Shown piece by piece: positions 11,103 to 21,383 of a stretch of 36,219 nt of DNA (positions are counted from its first letter, which is position 1; each line of letters opens with the position of its first letter). A model generated the notes under the pieces. That model was given only the letters and a program-made list of their open reading frames with translations. It was not told where the DNA came from and did not search any database. The position numbers and the translations under genes are program-made. Source of the DNA: Thermoproteota archaeon. Its GTDB lineage: Archaea > Asgardarchaeota > Jordiarchaeia > Jordiarchaeales > Freyrarchaeaceae. The stretch lies in contig JAPDJY010000009.1 of NCBI GenBank assembly GCA_029258835.1, positions 1-36,219 of the forward strand, written 5' to 3'.

Positions 11103-12403
11103 ATGAAGTATCTTGACCTTGACGAGCTAAGCGAGGAAGATGAGCTTCTCAAGGAAGAGGTTCATAGGTTCGTGGAGGAGGTTATAAGACCTGCATCTGT
11201 TAAACTTGACAGGATGCCCCCGGAGGAGAGGGTGAATCCAGGCTCCCATACTTTAAAGCGATTAAAGAGATGAAGAAACTTGGATACCATAAGCTTCACA
11301 TATCCCCTGATGTTGGGGGCCCAAACCTGACTCCAATACAAAGGTATATCATCATGGAGGAGCTCGGGTGGGGTAGCCTAGGGCTGGCGACGGCTATAGG
11401 GGTTGACTCCATACCCTCCGTGGTAGCCGCTCTATCAGGATCTCAGGAGCTGCAGTCCTTGGTATCTGAGTGGCTGGAGGACACCGGGTGCAAGTATCAT
11501 GGGTGCTGGGGTGTGACCGAGCCAGACCATGGGAGCGACCACCTCCCGGCCATCCGAGACGAAGACGCCCTTAAGTTTGGGAAGGGAAACGTTACGGCTA
11601 GGAAGGACGGGAGCGAGTGGGTTATAAATGGGCAAAAGTCTGCTTGGGTTTCATCCGCTCCCGTGGCAACCCACTGCGCCCTCCACGTGCAGGTGGAAGG
11701 AGGAAGGGGCCTCGTGGATGGCATGCTCTGCGTGGTTCCGCTTGACGCTGATGGGGTCGAGAGAGGGAAGCCCGTCGACATGCTGGGCATGAGGGACTGC
11801 CCTCAAGGCGAACTCTTCTTTAACGACGTGAGGATCCCTGAAAGCTACGTTGCCGTGGCTTCAGGCCCGCTTTACGGCGTATTCGCCGATCAGCTCCTCT
11901 GCTTAACTAGCTGCGCCATGGGGGCCTACTCCGTTGGACTTGCCAGGGCAGCCTTCGAGGAAGCCCTTAACTATGCCAGGCAGAGAGTTCAGGGAGGAGT
12001 CCCCATAGTTAAACATAAAAACATAAAGTTAAGCATTTACAGGATGTTCGAGAAGGTTGAAACAGCACGCTACTACGTCAGGAAGGCGATGGAGTACACT
12101 CACAGAAGGGTGTTCGAGTTAAGGACGTTTGACGCTTCGCCAAGGCATGCTAGGATGGCGCAGGTGTACGCGAAGAGGATAGCCTACGAGGTCGCCAATG
12201 AGGCACTTCAGATCTTCGGGGCTTACGGGCTGAGCAAGGAAGTTATAGTAGAGAAGCTCTTTAGGGATGCTAGAGCCCTTCAAATAGAAGATGGAACCGT
12301 GGAGGTTCTCAGCATCGAAGCAGCAGAGGACGTGATTTCAAGCTACGAGAAGACGTATTACGATGCAACCCTCATAACCAAAAGGTATGAGTCCTCAGCT
12401 TAA
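11103..12403 (+). CDS. Acyl-CoA dehydrogenase; one-base frameshift at about 11245-11247
   Basis: ATG 11103 after GGAGG reads MKYLDLDELSEEDELLKEEVHRF. Adding one C (TCCC[C]ATAC) joins it to ORF 11270..12403 (TEPDHGSD, INGQKSAW, QIFGAYG, IEDGT). Confidence 0.88.
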
Positions 12404-12483
12404 AGGAATGCAAGCTGGAGGATCCTCCTCTTAACTTGGAGGAGGGTGGTGGAGGGAGACGTCATTCACGTCTTGGTGGGAGC

Positions 12484-13674
12484 ATGCTTCTCGACATGAT
12501 TCTAACCGAGGAACAGAAGGCAGTAAGGGAGGCTGCCCGGGAGTTCGCTGAGAAGGAGTTTCCAAGGTATGCTGAGGAGTGCGACAGGGAGGAGAAGTTC
12601 CCCTTCGAACTCTGGAGGAAGGCTGCTAAGCTGGGATTCGTGGGAGCGCACATCCCCGAGGAGTATGGCGGACAGGGGATGGGGATCCTCGGGCACTGCC
12701 TCATCGTCGAGGAGTTCTGGCGTGTCGACGGGGGGCTTGGAATGATCCTTTCAACTACTTTCGGCTCTGAAATGATCATGATGTTCGGAAGCGAGGAGCA
12801 GAAGGAGAAGTACTTGCCCCCCCTTGCGAAGGGTGAGAAGATCTGCTGCTCCTGCTTCACCGAGCCGCAGGTGGGCAGCGACGTAGCCGGAGTCATGACG
12901 AGGGCTGAGAAGAAGGAAGGTTACTACCTCCTGAACGGGGTGAAGACGTTCATAACGAACGGCTCCATAGCAGACTACTACGTTGTCCTCGCTAGAACAA
13001 GCCAGAACCCCTCTAAGAGGCATGAGGGACTGAGCGTTTTCATCGTCGAGAGGGGGTCACCTGGGCTGGAGGCTAGGAAGCTCGCCAACAAGCTCGGCAT
13101 AAGAGCCAGCGACACAGCTGAGGTCTCCTTCAGGGACGTGGAGGTTCCGCAAGACAGGCTTGTGGGAAGGGAGGGGGAAGGCTTCCGTCAGGCCATGGAG
13201 TTCTTCAACTTAACCCGGATCCACACGGCGTTCCAAGCTGTTGGGATAGCTCAGGGGGCGTTTGAGCTAGCACTAGATTACGCGAAGAACAGGGAGGCGT
13301 TTGAGAGGAGGCTCGTGGACTTCCAAGCGATCCGGGAGAAGCTTGCGGTTATGCGTACCAAAATCGAGGCGGCTAGGCTGCTCGCCCTCCAGGCAGGCTT
13401 AGCCGCAGAGAAGGATAGAGCTGACCCCGGCCTGACCGCTATGGCCAAGTACTTTGCCGCAAGGGTGGCTCAGGAGGTTGTGAACGAGTCCCTTCAGATT
13501 CATGGCGGATACGGGTTCATGGGCGACCAGGCGGTGTCGAGGATGTACAGGGACGTGAGGGTTCTGGAGATATACGAGGGGACAAGGGAGATCGAGGTTG
13601 AGGTTGTTGCGAGGGCGCTTCTCGGCGGCCTACCGTCAAGGATCGGAGTGGTCAGGAGGCACCCGTTAAGGTGA
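12484..13674 (+). CDS. Acyl-CoA dehydrogenase
   Basis: FTEPQVGSD, LNGVKTFITNG, QIHGGYG, IYEGT. Likely ATG start at 12484. Confidence 0.93.
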   Translation: MLLDMILTEEQKAVREAAREFAEKEFPRYAEECDREEKFPFELWRKAAKLGFVGAHIPEEYGGQGMGILGHCLIVEEFWRVDGGLGMILSTTFGSEMIMMFGSEEQKEKYLPPLAKGEKICCSCFTEPQVGSDVAGVMTRAEKKEGYYLLNGVKTFITNGSIADYYVVLARTSQNPSKRHEGLSVFIVERGSPGLEARKLANKLGIRASDTAEVSFRDVEVPQDRLVGREGEGFRQAMEFFNLTRIHTAFQAVGIAQGAFELALDYAKNREAFERRLVDFQAIREKLAVMRTKIEAARLLALQAGLAAEKDRADPGLTAMAKYFAARVAQEVVNESLQIHGGYGFMGDQAVSRMYRDVRVLEIYEGTREIEVEVVARALLGGLPSRIGVVRRHPLR

Positions 13675-13677
13675 GAG

Positions 13678-14433
13678 GTGGTTGAGGTGAGGGTTGTCGT
13701 GCTGGTTAAGCATGCTCCGTCATCGGACTCCGAGGTGCGTGTAGGAGCTGATGGGAGAAGCGTTGACCAGCGCTGCTTGACGTATGAGGTGAACGAGTGG
13801 GATAAGTACGCGGTGGAGGAGGCTGTGAGGCTGAAGGAGGCTTATGGGGGAGAAGTCGTCGCCGTCAGTGTAGGTGTCGATTGCGATTCCACGCTGAGGC
13901 GTTGCCTTGCCACGGGGGTGGACAGGGCGTTGAAGGTCCCCCTGGAGACGGGGATGGACGCCTACCGGACTGCTGACGCCATAAGGGAAGCGTTAAAGGA
14001 CGTGGATTTCGACCTCGTGCTTGCGGGCTTCATGAGCCAAGACTTGAACAACGCTTTGGTGGGTGTTTTGCTGGCTGCCATGCTGGGTCTCCCATTCGCA
14101 ACGGCTGTCACCTCGGTTAGAATAGAGGATTCACTGGTTAGAGCTGTCAGGGAGCTGGAGGGGGGATACTATGAGGAGGTCGTTCTTCCACTCCCATGCC
14201 TCCTCACCGTCCAGAGCGGCATAAACGAGCCAAGGTACGTTTCGATAATGGGGATAAAGGCTGCCAGAGCCAAGGAGTTGAGGGAGGTTCACGTGCAGAC
14301 GGTCAACCCAACACTGGAGGTTGAAAAGGTATACTACCCTCTCGTTAAGAGGGCGGAGCTCATCGAGGGCCCCCCATCCGAGGTGGCGGAGAAGATCGCC
14401 GTCCTCCTCAGAGATAGGGGAGTGATAGGGTGA
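13678..14433 (+). CDS. etfB: Electron transfer flavoprotein beta subunit
   Basis: VNEWDKYAVEEA, DLVLAG, INEPRY. Confidence 0.92.
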   Translation: MVEVRVVVLVKHAPSSDSEVRVGADGRSVDQRCLTYEVNEWDKYAVEEAVRLKEAYGGEVVAVSVGVDCDSTLRRCLATGVDRALKVPLETGMDAYRTADAIREALKDVDFDLVLAGFMSQDLNNALVGVLLAAMLGLPFATAVTSVRIEDSLVRAVRELEGGYYEEVVLPLPCLLTVQSGINEPRYVSIMGIKAARAKELREVHVQTVNPTLEVEKVYYPLVKRAELIEGPPSEVAEKIAVLLRDRGVIG

Positions 14434-15383
14434 GGGTGTTCGCAGTCGCCGAGCACAGGTTTGGAAGGATTAACCCTATAAGCTTCGAGCTGCTGAACTT
14501 GGCGAACATGGTTAAGGGCGACGGGACCAGCGAGGCCGTCGTCCTCGCAGGAGACGCGTCAGCCTTCTCCCGGGAGCTCGCTAGGTACGCTGACAGGGTC
14601 TGGGCTATCAGCTGCGACCAGCTAGAGAGGTATAACCCTGAAGCGTATGTTGACGTCCTTCTCCAGGTCTTTAGAAGGGAGAAGCCAGATCTGGTTTTGC
14701 TTGGCAATACCATCCAAGGCGGAGAGGTTGCTCCGTGCCTAGCCGTTAGTCTTCAAGCCCCCATAGCCACAGACGTGGTCGGCTTAAGGCTTGATGACGG
14801 AGAGGTCGTCGCCTCACGCTACGCCTACCAGGGGAAGATTATGGTGGACTTAAGGTTGAAGCGGCTCCCAAGCGTATTGACTGTGAGGCAGGGCGTCTTT
14901 AAAGATGGAAGGGAAGTGGACGGAGAGGTGGTCGAGTTGAACCTTAAGCCGTCTAGGGAGCCTAAGAGGCGCTTCGTCAAATACATGGAGCCTGAGACGG
15001 GGGATGTTGACATCTCTCAAGCGGACGTTATAGTGGCTGTTGGTAGAGGCATAGGAGGAGAGTCAAACCTTAAGCTAGCTGAGAAGCTAGCTCGGCTTCT
15101 GGGGGTTGTGGCCGGGAGCAGGCCTGTTGTTGACGCCGGTCTGCTGCCAAAGGACAGGCAGGTTGGAATATCAGGGAAGACCGTGAAGCCAAAGGTTTAC
15201 TTGGCGTTCGGGATTAGTGGAGCCTTTCAGCATGTTATGGGGATGAAGGACAGCGAGCTAATAATAGCGGTGAACAGGGACTCTGAGGCCCCGATATTCG
15301 GTGTCGCCCACTACGGAGCCGTGGCAGACCTTCTAGATGTCCCACCAGCCCTCATCAGCAAATTAGAGGAACTTAAAGCTTAG
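14430..15383 (+). CDS. etfA: Electron transfer flavoprotein alpha subunit
   Basis: GSRPVVDAG, QVGISGKTVKP, GISGAFQH; overlaps etfB by 4 nt. Confidence 0.93.
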   Translation: MRVFAVAEHRFGRINPISFELLNLANMVKGDGTSEAVVLAGDASAFSRELARYADRVWAISCDQLERYNPEAYVDVLLQVFRREKPDLVLLGNTIQGGEVAPCLAVSLQAPIATDVVGLRLDDGEVVASRYAYQGKIMVDLRLKRLPSVLTVRQGVFKDGREVDGEVVELNLKPSREPKRRFVKYMEPETGDVDISQADVIVAVGRGIGGESNLKLAEKLARLLGVVAGSRPVVDAGLLPKDRQVGISGKTVKPKVYLAFGISGAFQHVMGMKDSELIIAVNRDSEAPIFGVAHYGAVADLLDVPPALISKLEELKA

Positions 15384-15472
15384 CCTGCAGCGTTGGGGGC
15401 GTCTGCCGGTTAGGTGGGCTTTTAACGCAGACGGCTACCTTGACTTCAGGGAAGGTGACCGAGGCTTAGGTG

Positions 15473-15937
15473 TTAAAGGGGCTGATTGGTGCCGCATTTT
15501 TCAGACAGCTCCTCCAGCACCATCATAGACCAGTAGAACTTCTCCTTTAATATAGGGTAGTACCTCTTGATGAACTTGTCGACGGCTTCCCGTAGTTTGG
15601 AGCCGAGTTCGTCTGCTTCGCTGAGTAGCTTGGCTATGTAAAGCTCTATGTTTTGAACGACTGTTTCAACGTAGAATGATTTGAGAGCTTCCACACGCCG
15701 ACTGCTGGAAAGCATGTACCTCCCGTCCTTCACCTCAACCAAACCTACGCTTAAAAGAGAGTTTAAAATTTGCTCGGCTGACCTCCTCCCGACGGACACC
15801 TTCTCAGAAACCTCTTTAACGGTGAGCTTTCCCCATACAGATAAGACTTCAAGGATTCTCTGAGCGTCGAAGCTGCCAAGAACCCTAAGGGTTACATCAC
15901 ATAAATCCACGGCAACCACCACCAAGCAACCCGGCAC
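15473..15937 (-). CDS. Winged helix-turn-helix putative transcriptional regulator
   Basis: ILEVLSVWGKLTVKEVSEKVSVGRRSAEQILNSLLSVGLVEVKDGRY matches a wHTH pattern; start uncertain. Confidence 0.7.
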   Translation of the reverse strand: MPGCLVVVAVDLCDVTLRVLGSFDAQRILEVLSVWGKLTVKEVSEKVSVGRRSAEQILNSLLSVGLVEVKDGRYMLSSSRRVEALKSFYVETVVQNIELYIAKLLSEADELGSKLREAVDKFIKRYYPILKEKFYWSMMVLEELSEKCGTNQPL

Positions 15938-16086
15938 GCGGTTTTAACGCTTCACGTACGCAATCACAACCAAATCGATCAACACGAAAATAGAAAAATG
16001 TGAATGAAAACTGGGAAAAATAAACCATGCAGGAAGGAAAATAAGAATAAGATTTTGGTTCTTTTCACATTAAGTTAGGTCGGTGT

Positions 16087-17100
16087 TTAAACTACGTATT
16101 TGCTTAGACCTTTTATGATCGACTCTGCTTCCCTTACTATGCCCTCTATGACTTCCTTCACCGTTGGCAAGTTGTTTATGTTTCCACATGATTGTCCGCA
16201 TAGGACCGGGCCATTCTCTATGTCTCCCTTGTAAACCAGCTCGTACTTTTTCATGTCCTCAGCTATTTCCTCCGGCGTCAACGATGCCTCTCTAGCCTTC
16301 ATCTCCTCCTTCGTCATGATGTGCGGGTGCTCCGCCGCGTACTTGTTCTTCAGCAGCCTTATTGGCCCGAAGGCTCCAGTTGTTACAACGGTGTCTCTGT
16401 CAGCCGAGCGCAGCACGAAGTCCTTGTAGTCTGGGTGAAACTCGCACTCCTGCGTTGCAATGAACCTTGTCCCCATTTGCACACCGATTGCACCCATCGC
16501 CAGGGCTGCGGCAAGACCTTTACCGTCGCTGAAGCCGCCGCATGCCACGACGGGCTTACTGCAGTTGTTGACAACCTCCGGTATGAGGACGAGGGTCGTT
16601 ACACCCTCATAGCTCTGGTGTCCTCCCCCCTCATACCCTGTAGCTATAATTCCGTCGCAGAGCTTATCAACCTTCATAGCGTGGTACAGCGTCGGAGCAA
16701 CGTGGAAGTGTAATAGGTCAGGGTCCTTATCCTTAAGGAACTTTGCTGGAGGCTCAGGGTTCCCCGCGGACGTAATCACCAGCTTAAGCCTTTCTTTTAA
16801 CTCGGGGTCTTTAGCGCGTAGCTCAACTATCTTCTCTAAGAGTGCGGGCGCGTCGACCTGAATTCTTGCAACTCTCACGTTGACGCCGAACGGGCCATCA
16901 CAGTTCTCCTTGACCTCAAGGATGTTCTTCTCCATGTCTTTTACCGGGTCTACGCCGAACAGGTTTGTGTGGGAGATTATTCCCAGAGCGCCTGCATTGG
17001 TTACCGCTGACGCTAGCTTCGTTGTGTAAAACGGCCCCATCGGAGCCTGAATTATGGGGTATTTTATGCCCAGCATTTCACACAAAGGAGTTTTAATCAA
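16087..17100 (-). CDS. Nitronate monooxygenase / FabK-like FMN oxidoreductase
   Basis: KYPIIQAPMG, GYEGGGH, VACGGFSDG, VQMGTRF. Confidence 0.88.
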   Translation of the reverse strand: MIKTPLCEMLGIKYPIIQAPMGPFYTTKLASAVTNAGALGIISHTNLFGVDPVKDMEKNILEVKENCDGPFGVNVRVARIQVDAPALLEKIVELRAKDPELKERLKLVITSAGNPEPPAKFLKDKDPDLLHFHVAPTLYHAMKVDKLCDGIIATGYEGGGHQSYEGVTTLVLIPEVVNNCSKPVVACGGFSDGKGLAAALAMGAIGVQMGTRFIATQECEFHPDYKDFVLRSADRDTVVTTGAFGPIRLLKNKYAAEHPHIMTKEEMKAREASLTPEEIAEDMKKYELVYKGDIENGPVLCGQSCGNINNLPTVKEVIEGIVREAESIIKGLSKYVV

Positions 17101-17818
17101 AATGTTCCCTCCTCGATTAGTTCACTAAGCTTAAAAATCCTACTCCTTAAAAAGATTTCCTTTTCTAAATCACCCTCCACAGGAGACCTTTAAGGGGAAC
17201 AGCAATTTCTCATGGAGAAAATTGGAGTATGCGTCTTAACATGACTTCCCTAAATTTGTTATTGTTTGAATTTGTCTGGTTTGCTTTTTAACTTCTTTAG
17301 GGTAAAAAATAGCGTGCTCCTTGTAGTATGTGCATGACTCCGTGTTCTTCTTGATTTCGGTTTCAGCATCACCATACACTTGGTCATCCGGTTTTTTACG
17401 TGTAAGGGTGCAGAAAGAGAAATTCTTGTAGATGAAGTCCGTCCTCGTTAGGGAACCATGAAAAACTGAAGGTCACCGGGTTTGGGTTGAGAAGAGCGCC
17501 TCAGAAAACCCGTGAAAGAAGAAAAATCAGCGAAGCTCCTATGCGAGGACACGATAATGTTAGTGGCTAATCCCTCACTGGCCGAACAAAAAAGTACGTT
17601 TGGCACGCTTGCAAGTCACTCTCTCCCCACTACAAGCTCGTCTTCATTTAGGGTGCTCTCGCCAGTTCAAGAATATAAATGCACAAATAAGGCGGAAATC
17701 GGGACAATAGTTGTAGGGTTTGACCTTAACAAAGGAGAAGAACGATGAAAACGGCTGCGATGGGAGCTGGGGTCAGAGGTGCCGCATCGATCTATAGGAA
17801 AAAGGGGGAGAGGAGAAT

Positions 17819-19054
17819 CTAATACTTGTAGAATCCCTTTCCTGACTTCTTTCCGAGTTCGCCTTTCTCCACCATCTGCTTTAGCAGCGGGTGCGGTGTC
17901 AGCAGGTTCTTTAGGTTGTCTATGTGGCCGAACTTGTTTGCTAGCTCCTCTAGCTGCTGGACTACGGTGTCTATTCCGAAGTTGTCCGCTAGCTCGAGCA
18001 TTCCGAAGGGCATGTTGAACCCTAGCTTAACAGCCTTGTCTATGTCTTCTATTGTTGCCACGTTTTCTGCTATGAGCTCCGCCGCTATGTTTATCGACAG
18101 GTAGGCACCCCAGAATGGGCCGAACTTCTGCTCTACTGCCTTGGCTGTCTCCTCGTTCCATGAGGATGGAACCTGCCACTTCTTCTCAGGATACTCGTAG
18201 AAGCCCTTCCCGGTTTTAACCCCTAGCTCGCCCTTCTTAAACTTCTCTTCAACGACCGGGGGAACCTTAAACTTTTCAGGCTCCCTCTCCTCAAAGAACT
18301 TCATCACGTGATAGTTAGTGTCTATTCCAGTGTAATCCATAAGGCCGAGCGCGCCCATCGGCTGCCCAGCTCTGAGATGCAAAACGGAGTCTATTTCCTC
18401 AGGCTTAAAGATCCCCTCGCTTATCAGCCACGCGAAGAAGATTCCTGGAGGCATCATAACCCTGTTGGCTATGAAGCCGGCGACGTCCTTCCTGCAGTAA
18501 ACGGGATCTTTACCCAGCTTCTTAGCTAACTCGTAGGTCACTTGGGCAGTCTCATCGCTGGTCTTCTCCCCGTATATTACCTCAACGAGCCTCATGATCT
18601 GTGGAGGATTAAAGAAGTGCATGCCGACAACCTTATCCGGCCTGTTGGTTGGCTTCGCGATCTCCGTTATCGGCAGAGCACTAGTGTTCGACGCTAGGAT
18701 GGTTTCGGAAGGGCAGATGCTATCCAGCTCTTTGAATGTTTCCTGTTTGAGGTCAAGCCTCTCCGGGATGGCCTCTATGACGAAGTCCGCGTTCTCAGCT
18801 GCCTCTTTAAGGTCGAGGGTCGTTGATATTCTTTCAAGGGCTGCGTTAGCGTCTGCCTCAGAGATCTTCTGCTTCTGGACAAGTTTGCTGAGGCTCCACT
18901 TGATCTTCTCCATTCCAGAGTCGATGAACTCCTGCTTTATGTCCCGGAGCCACACCTTATAGCCTGCCATGGAGCAGAGCTGGGCGATGCCGTGCCCCAT
19001 CAACCCGGCTCCAAGAACCGTAACAGTTTTCACATCCTCAATCTTCACTTCCAT
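17819..19054 (-). CDS. 3-hydroxyacyl-CoA dehydrogenase (two C-terminal domains)
   Basis: VLGAGLMGHGIA, ASNTS, GMHFFNP, two GxKxGKGFY motifs. Likely ATG start at 19054. Confidence 0.93.
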   Translation of the reverse strand: MEVKIEDVKTVTVLGAGLMGHGIAQLCSMAGYKVWLRDIKQEFIDSGMEKIKWSLSKLVQKQKISEADANAALERISTTLDLKEAAENADFVIEAIPERLDLKQETFKELDSICPSETILASNTSALPITEIAKPTNRPDKVVGMHFFNPPQIMRLVEVIYGEKTSDETAQVTYELAKKLGKDPVYCRKDVAGFIANRVMMPPGIFFAWLISEGIFKPEEIDSVLHLRAGQPMGALGLMDYTGIDTNYHVMKFFEEREPEKFKVPPVVEEKFKKGELGVKTGKGFYEYPEKKWQVPSSWNEETAKAVEQKFGPFWGAYLSINIAAELIAENVATIEDIDKAVKLGFNMPFGMLELADNFGIDTVVQQLEELANKFGHIDNLKNLLTPHPLLKQMVEKGELGKKSGKGFYKY

Positions 19055-19389
19055 CCCTCCATTCCACACTAGGGAGCGTCGAGGACTTAGGATTAAAAGT
19101 AATTATTAAGTCTTTCCGTTTTTAACCAGCCGGCACTAATCCCGCACATTATATGGGAACAGCTGCCGCCTTCTTACAGTATCCTCAAGGTTCATCGTTT
19201 TAGGAACATAAAAATGAGCAGTTAAACGGTGAACGTTTAGTGGGGGCTCCCGTGTTTCCAGTTTTATCCGTCTACTCGGTTTACCTTCAGAATCCGCATT
19301 CCAGCATCCGTTCACTACCTGTTTTGGATGCCTTGCAACCTCGGCCACTTCTTTAGGTAAGAGGTGGTTCGAGGGGCTCTACGTTTTGC

Positions 19390-20439
19390 TTAGGCAAATG
19401 ATGGTGCTATCTTCTCTATGTACGTTTTCAGCACATACTTAGGGTCTGGCCCGATGTTTATCAGCATTAAGTGTTTTACGCCAGCCTTCCTGAACTCCTC
19501 TATCTTGTCCATGCAGTCTCGAGGTGTTCCAACTATGAAGAAGTCTGTTAGGATTTCGTCTGTCACCTGCTCCGAGAGTTTAACCATTTCCATGAGCATT
19601 TCATCTTCCAAGAGGAGGTCCTCGAAGTAGTACTTCTTGGAGAATCCCTCCGGCAGCTCGAGGCTGTACCCTGCCTGCTCGACTTTGTCAACGGAGGAGA
19701 CCATCATTCCCTTGTAGAGGCGCGCCCTTTCAACAGCCTTCTCGTAGTTTTCGTCCATAGCCGTGTATATTTGAAGCGCGGTGTCGATTTCGTTGATGCT
19801 TCTGCCAGCTTTCTCAGCCCCTCTCTTAACGTCTTCAAGGTTTTCCCTGTATGTTTTCGGTGTTTCCGTTATGGGCATCCATCCCTCACAGGCTGCTCCG
19901 GCAAGCTCCCTTGTCCTAGGCCCGTTCGCTCCAAGATATATTGGAATCGTTTTCCTGGTTGGTGTGATGTGAAGAAACGCTTCTCTAAACTTAAAGTATT
20001 CCCCATTGTAAGAGAACTTCTCACCCGTCCACAGTCTTCTAAGAACCTCTATTCCCTCTTTAAGCCTCGTGTAGGGGCGACCCCACTCTATGCCGAACGG
20101 CTTAATGTTCATGGCTTCCCCGGCTCCTAACCCGAGGAACACGCGTCCACCGGAAAGATGGTCAGCTGTAGCGAAGACCTGGGCTAGGATGGAAGGGTGA
20201 TACCTCACCACGTCGGAGACGCCAGTTCCTATCTGCACGTTTCTAGTCATAACCGAAAGCGCTGATAGTAGGCTTAAGGCGTTCGGCGTAAAACCCGGCG
20301 GAACCATTAACGTGTGGTCAGGCACGATAAGAGAATAGTATCCCGCCTCATCTATCATACTCGCAATCTTGAGAATCTTATCCATGGGAGGAAGCGGAGG
20401 AGGCAAAAGCATCCCGAACCTTAACTCTGCCATCGCCAT
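19390..20439 (-). CDS. LLM-class (luciferase-like, probably F420-dependent) oxidoreductase
   Basis: VPDH, LSGGRVFLGLGAGE, IPIYLGANGP. Confidence 0.88.
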   Translation of the reverse strand: MAMAELRFGMLLPPPLPPMDKILKIASMIDEAGYYSLIVPDHTLMVPPGFTPNALSLLSALSVMTRNVQIGTGVSDVVRYHPSILAQVFATADHLSGGRVFLGLGAGEAMNIKPFGIEWGRPYTRLKEGIEVLRRLWTGEKFSYNGEYFKFREAFLHITPTRKTIPIYLGANGPRTRELAGAACEGWMPITETPKTYRENLEDVKRGAEKAGRSINEIDTALQIYTAMDENYEKAVERARLYKGMMVSSVDKVEQAGYSLELPEGFSKKYYFEDLLLEDEMLMEMVKLSEQVTDEILTDFFIVGTPRDCMDKIEEFRKAGVKHLMLINIGPDPKYVLKTYIEKIAPSFA

Positions 20440-20589
20440 TAACCCCCAAAGTTAAAAATACACAACTTTCACTAGGTTAAAAGCTTTTTTACTCTTAGTA
20501 GAAAGCAGCCTCTTAAAAGGAAACAAGGGATGCAAGATAAGTGGAATATCTTAGGGAAAGAATGGGATAATTTCAGAGTTTTCACGATT

Positions 20590-20988
20590 TCATACGACCT
20601 CCACATTGACCCCTATTTTTCCTGCTATTTCACCCTGCCTCCTATCGCTTGTCACTAGAAGCTCGTGCTTTACTGCCTGCGCCAGGTAGAGAGCATCGTA
20701 GACAGGGATTTCTTCCTTAAGGGCTATTTCAATAGCATCTTGTAAATGTTTTTCTATTGGCTCAAAGTCGACGACGTCCTTCATTTTTTCCAGTGTATTA
20801 AACATGATTTCCGCTTCCTTCCTTGATATTCTCTTATAAAGAACATTGTGTTTCCAGATTGCATTTGAAACTTCAGCTAACGCGAGCGTAAGCGAGCAAG
20901 CCTCATTAGACAAGTACCTCTTAACGCTTTCCCATCCTTCCTCCCTTAAAACATACTTTGCCAGCGAAGACGCGTCAATTACTATCAC
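20590..20988 (-). CDS. vapC: VapC PIN-domain toxin
   Basis: IVIDASS, AEVSNA, YDALYL, LVTSD. Confidence 0.92.
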   Translation of the reverse strand: MIVIDASSLAKYVLREEGWESVKRYLSNEACSLTLALAEVSNAIWKHNVLYKRISRKEAEIMFNTLEKMKDVVDFEPIEKHLQDAIEIALKEEIPVYDALYLAQAVKHELLVTSDRRQGEIAGKIGVNVEVV

Positions 20989-21241
20989 GGTCCTCCCTCA
21001 CGTAACTCTCAGCGGTTCCCCTCTTAGCTGGAGGTAAACTACTAAGCATGGTTTCTATTTCATCCAAAGCCTTTTTCCGCATATACTCTTTAACTTTGCG
21101 CTCGATGAACCCTCTCACCTCCTCACTCCAGTTAACGTCTACTTCCTTCATTTTTTCTTTCAGCTTTTTAGGAACCCTGAAGCTTACAGTCTCCACGTTA
21201 ACCACCAATTCACTCTCTCGTATTACAGATATATAAACCAT
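20975..21241 (-). CDS. vapB: VapB-type ribbon-helix-helix antitoxin
   Basis: VSFRVPKKLKEKM..VNWSEEVR...VREDRD; overlaps vapC. The true start is probably downstream of 21241. Confidence 0.85.
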   Translation of the reverse strand: MVYISVIRESELVVNVETVSFRVPKKLKEKMKEVDVNWSEEVRGFIERKVKEYMRKKALDEIETMLSSLPPAKRGTAESYVREDRDSN

Positions 21242-21383
21242 TTCGTCATACTAACGGCGAGGAAAAACCGCAACCTGGAAAGAGGAAAGAGAAGCGCACC
21301 CTAGTGCCTTCAACCGCTTCAACCAACAAAATCCTTAAAATTTCGCTTTCAGGAAAGTTACACTTGGAAAGGAGAGTGGTGTA

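Noticed and set aside
19136-19348. 70-aa ORF and short inverted repeat between the 3-hydroxyacyl-CoA dehydrogenase and LLM genes
   Set aside because: No recognisable domain, and the repeat is too short to support a call.
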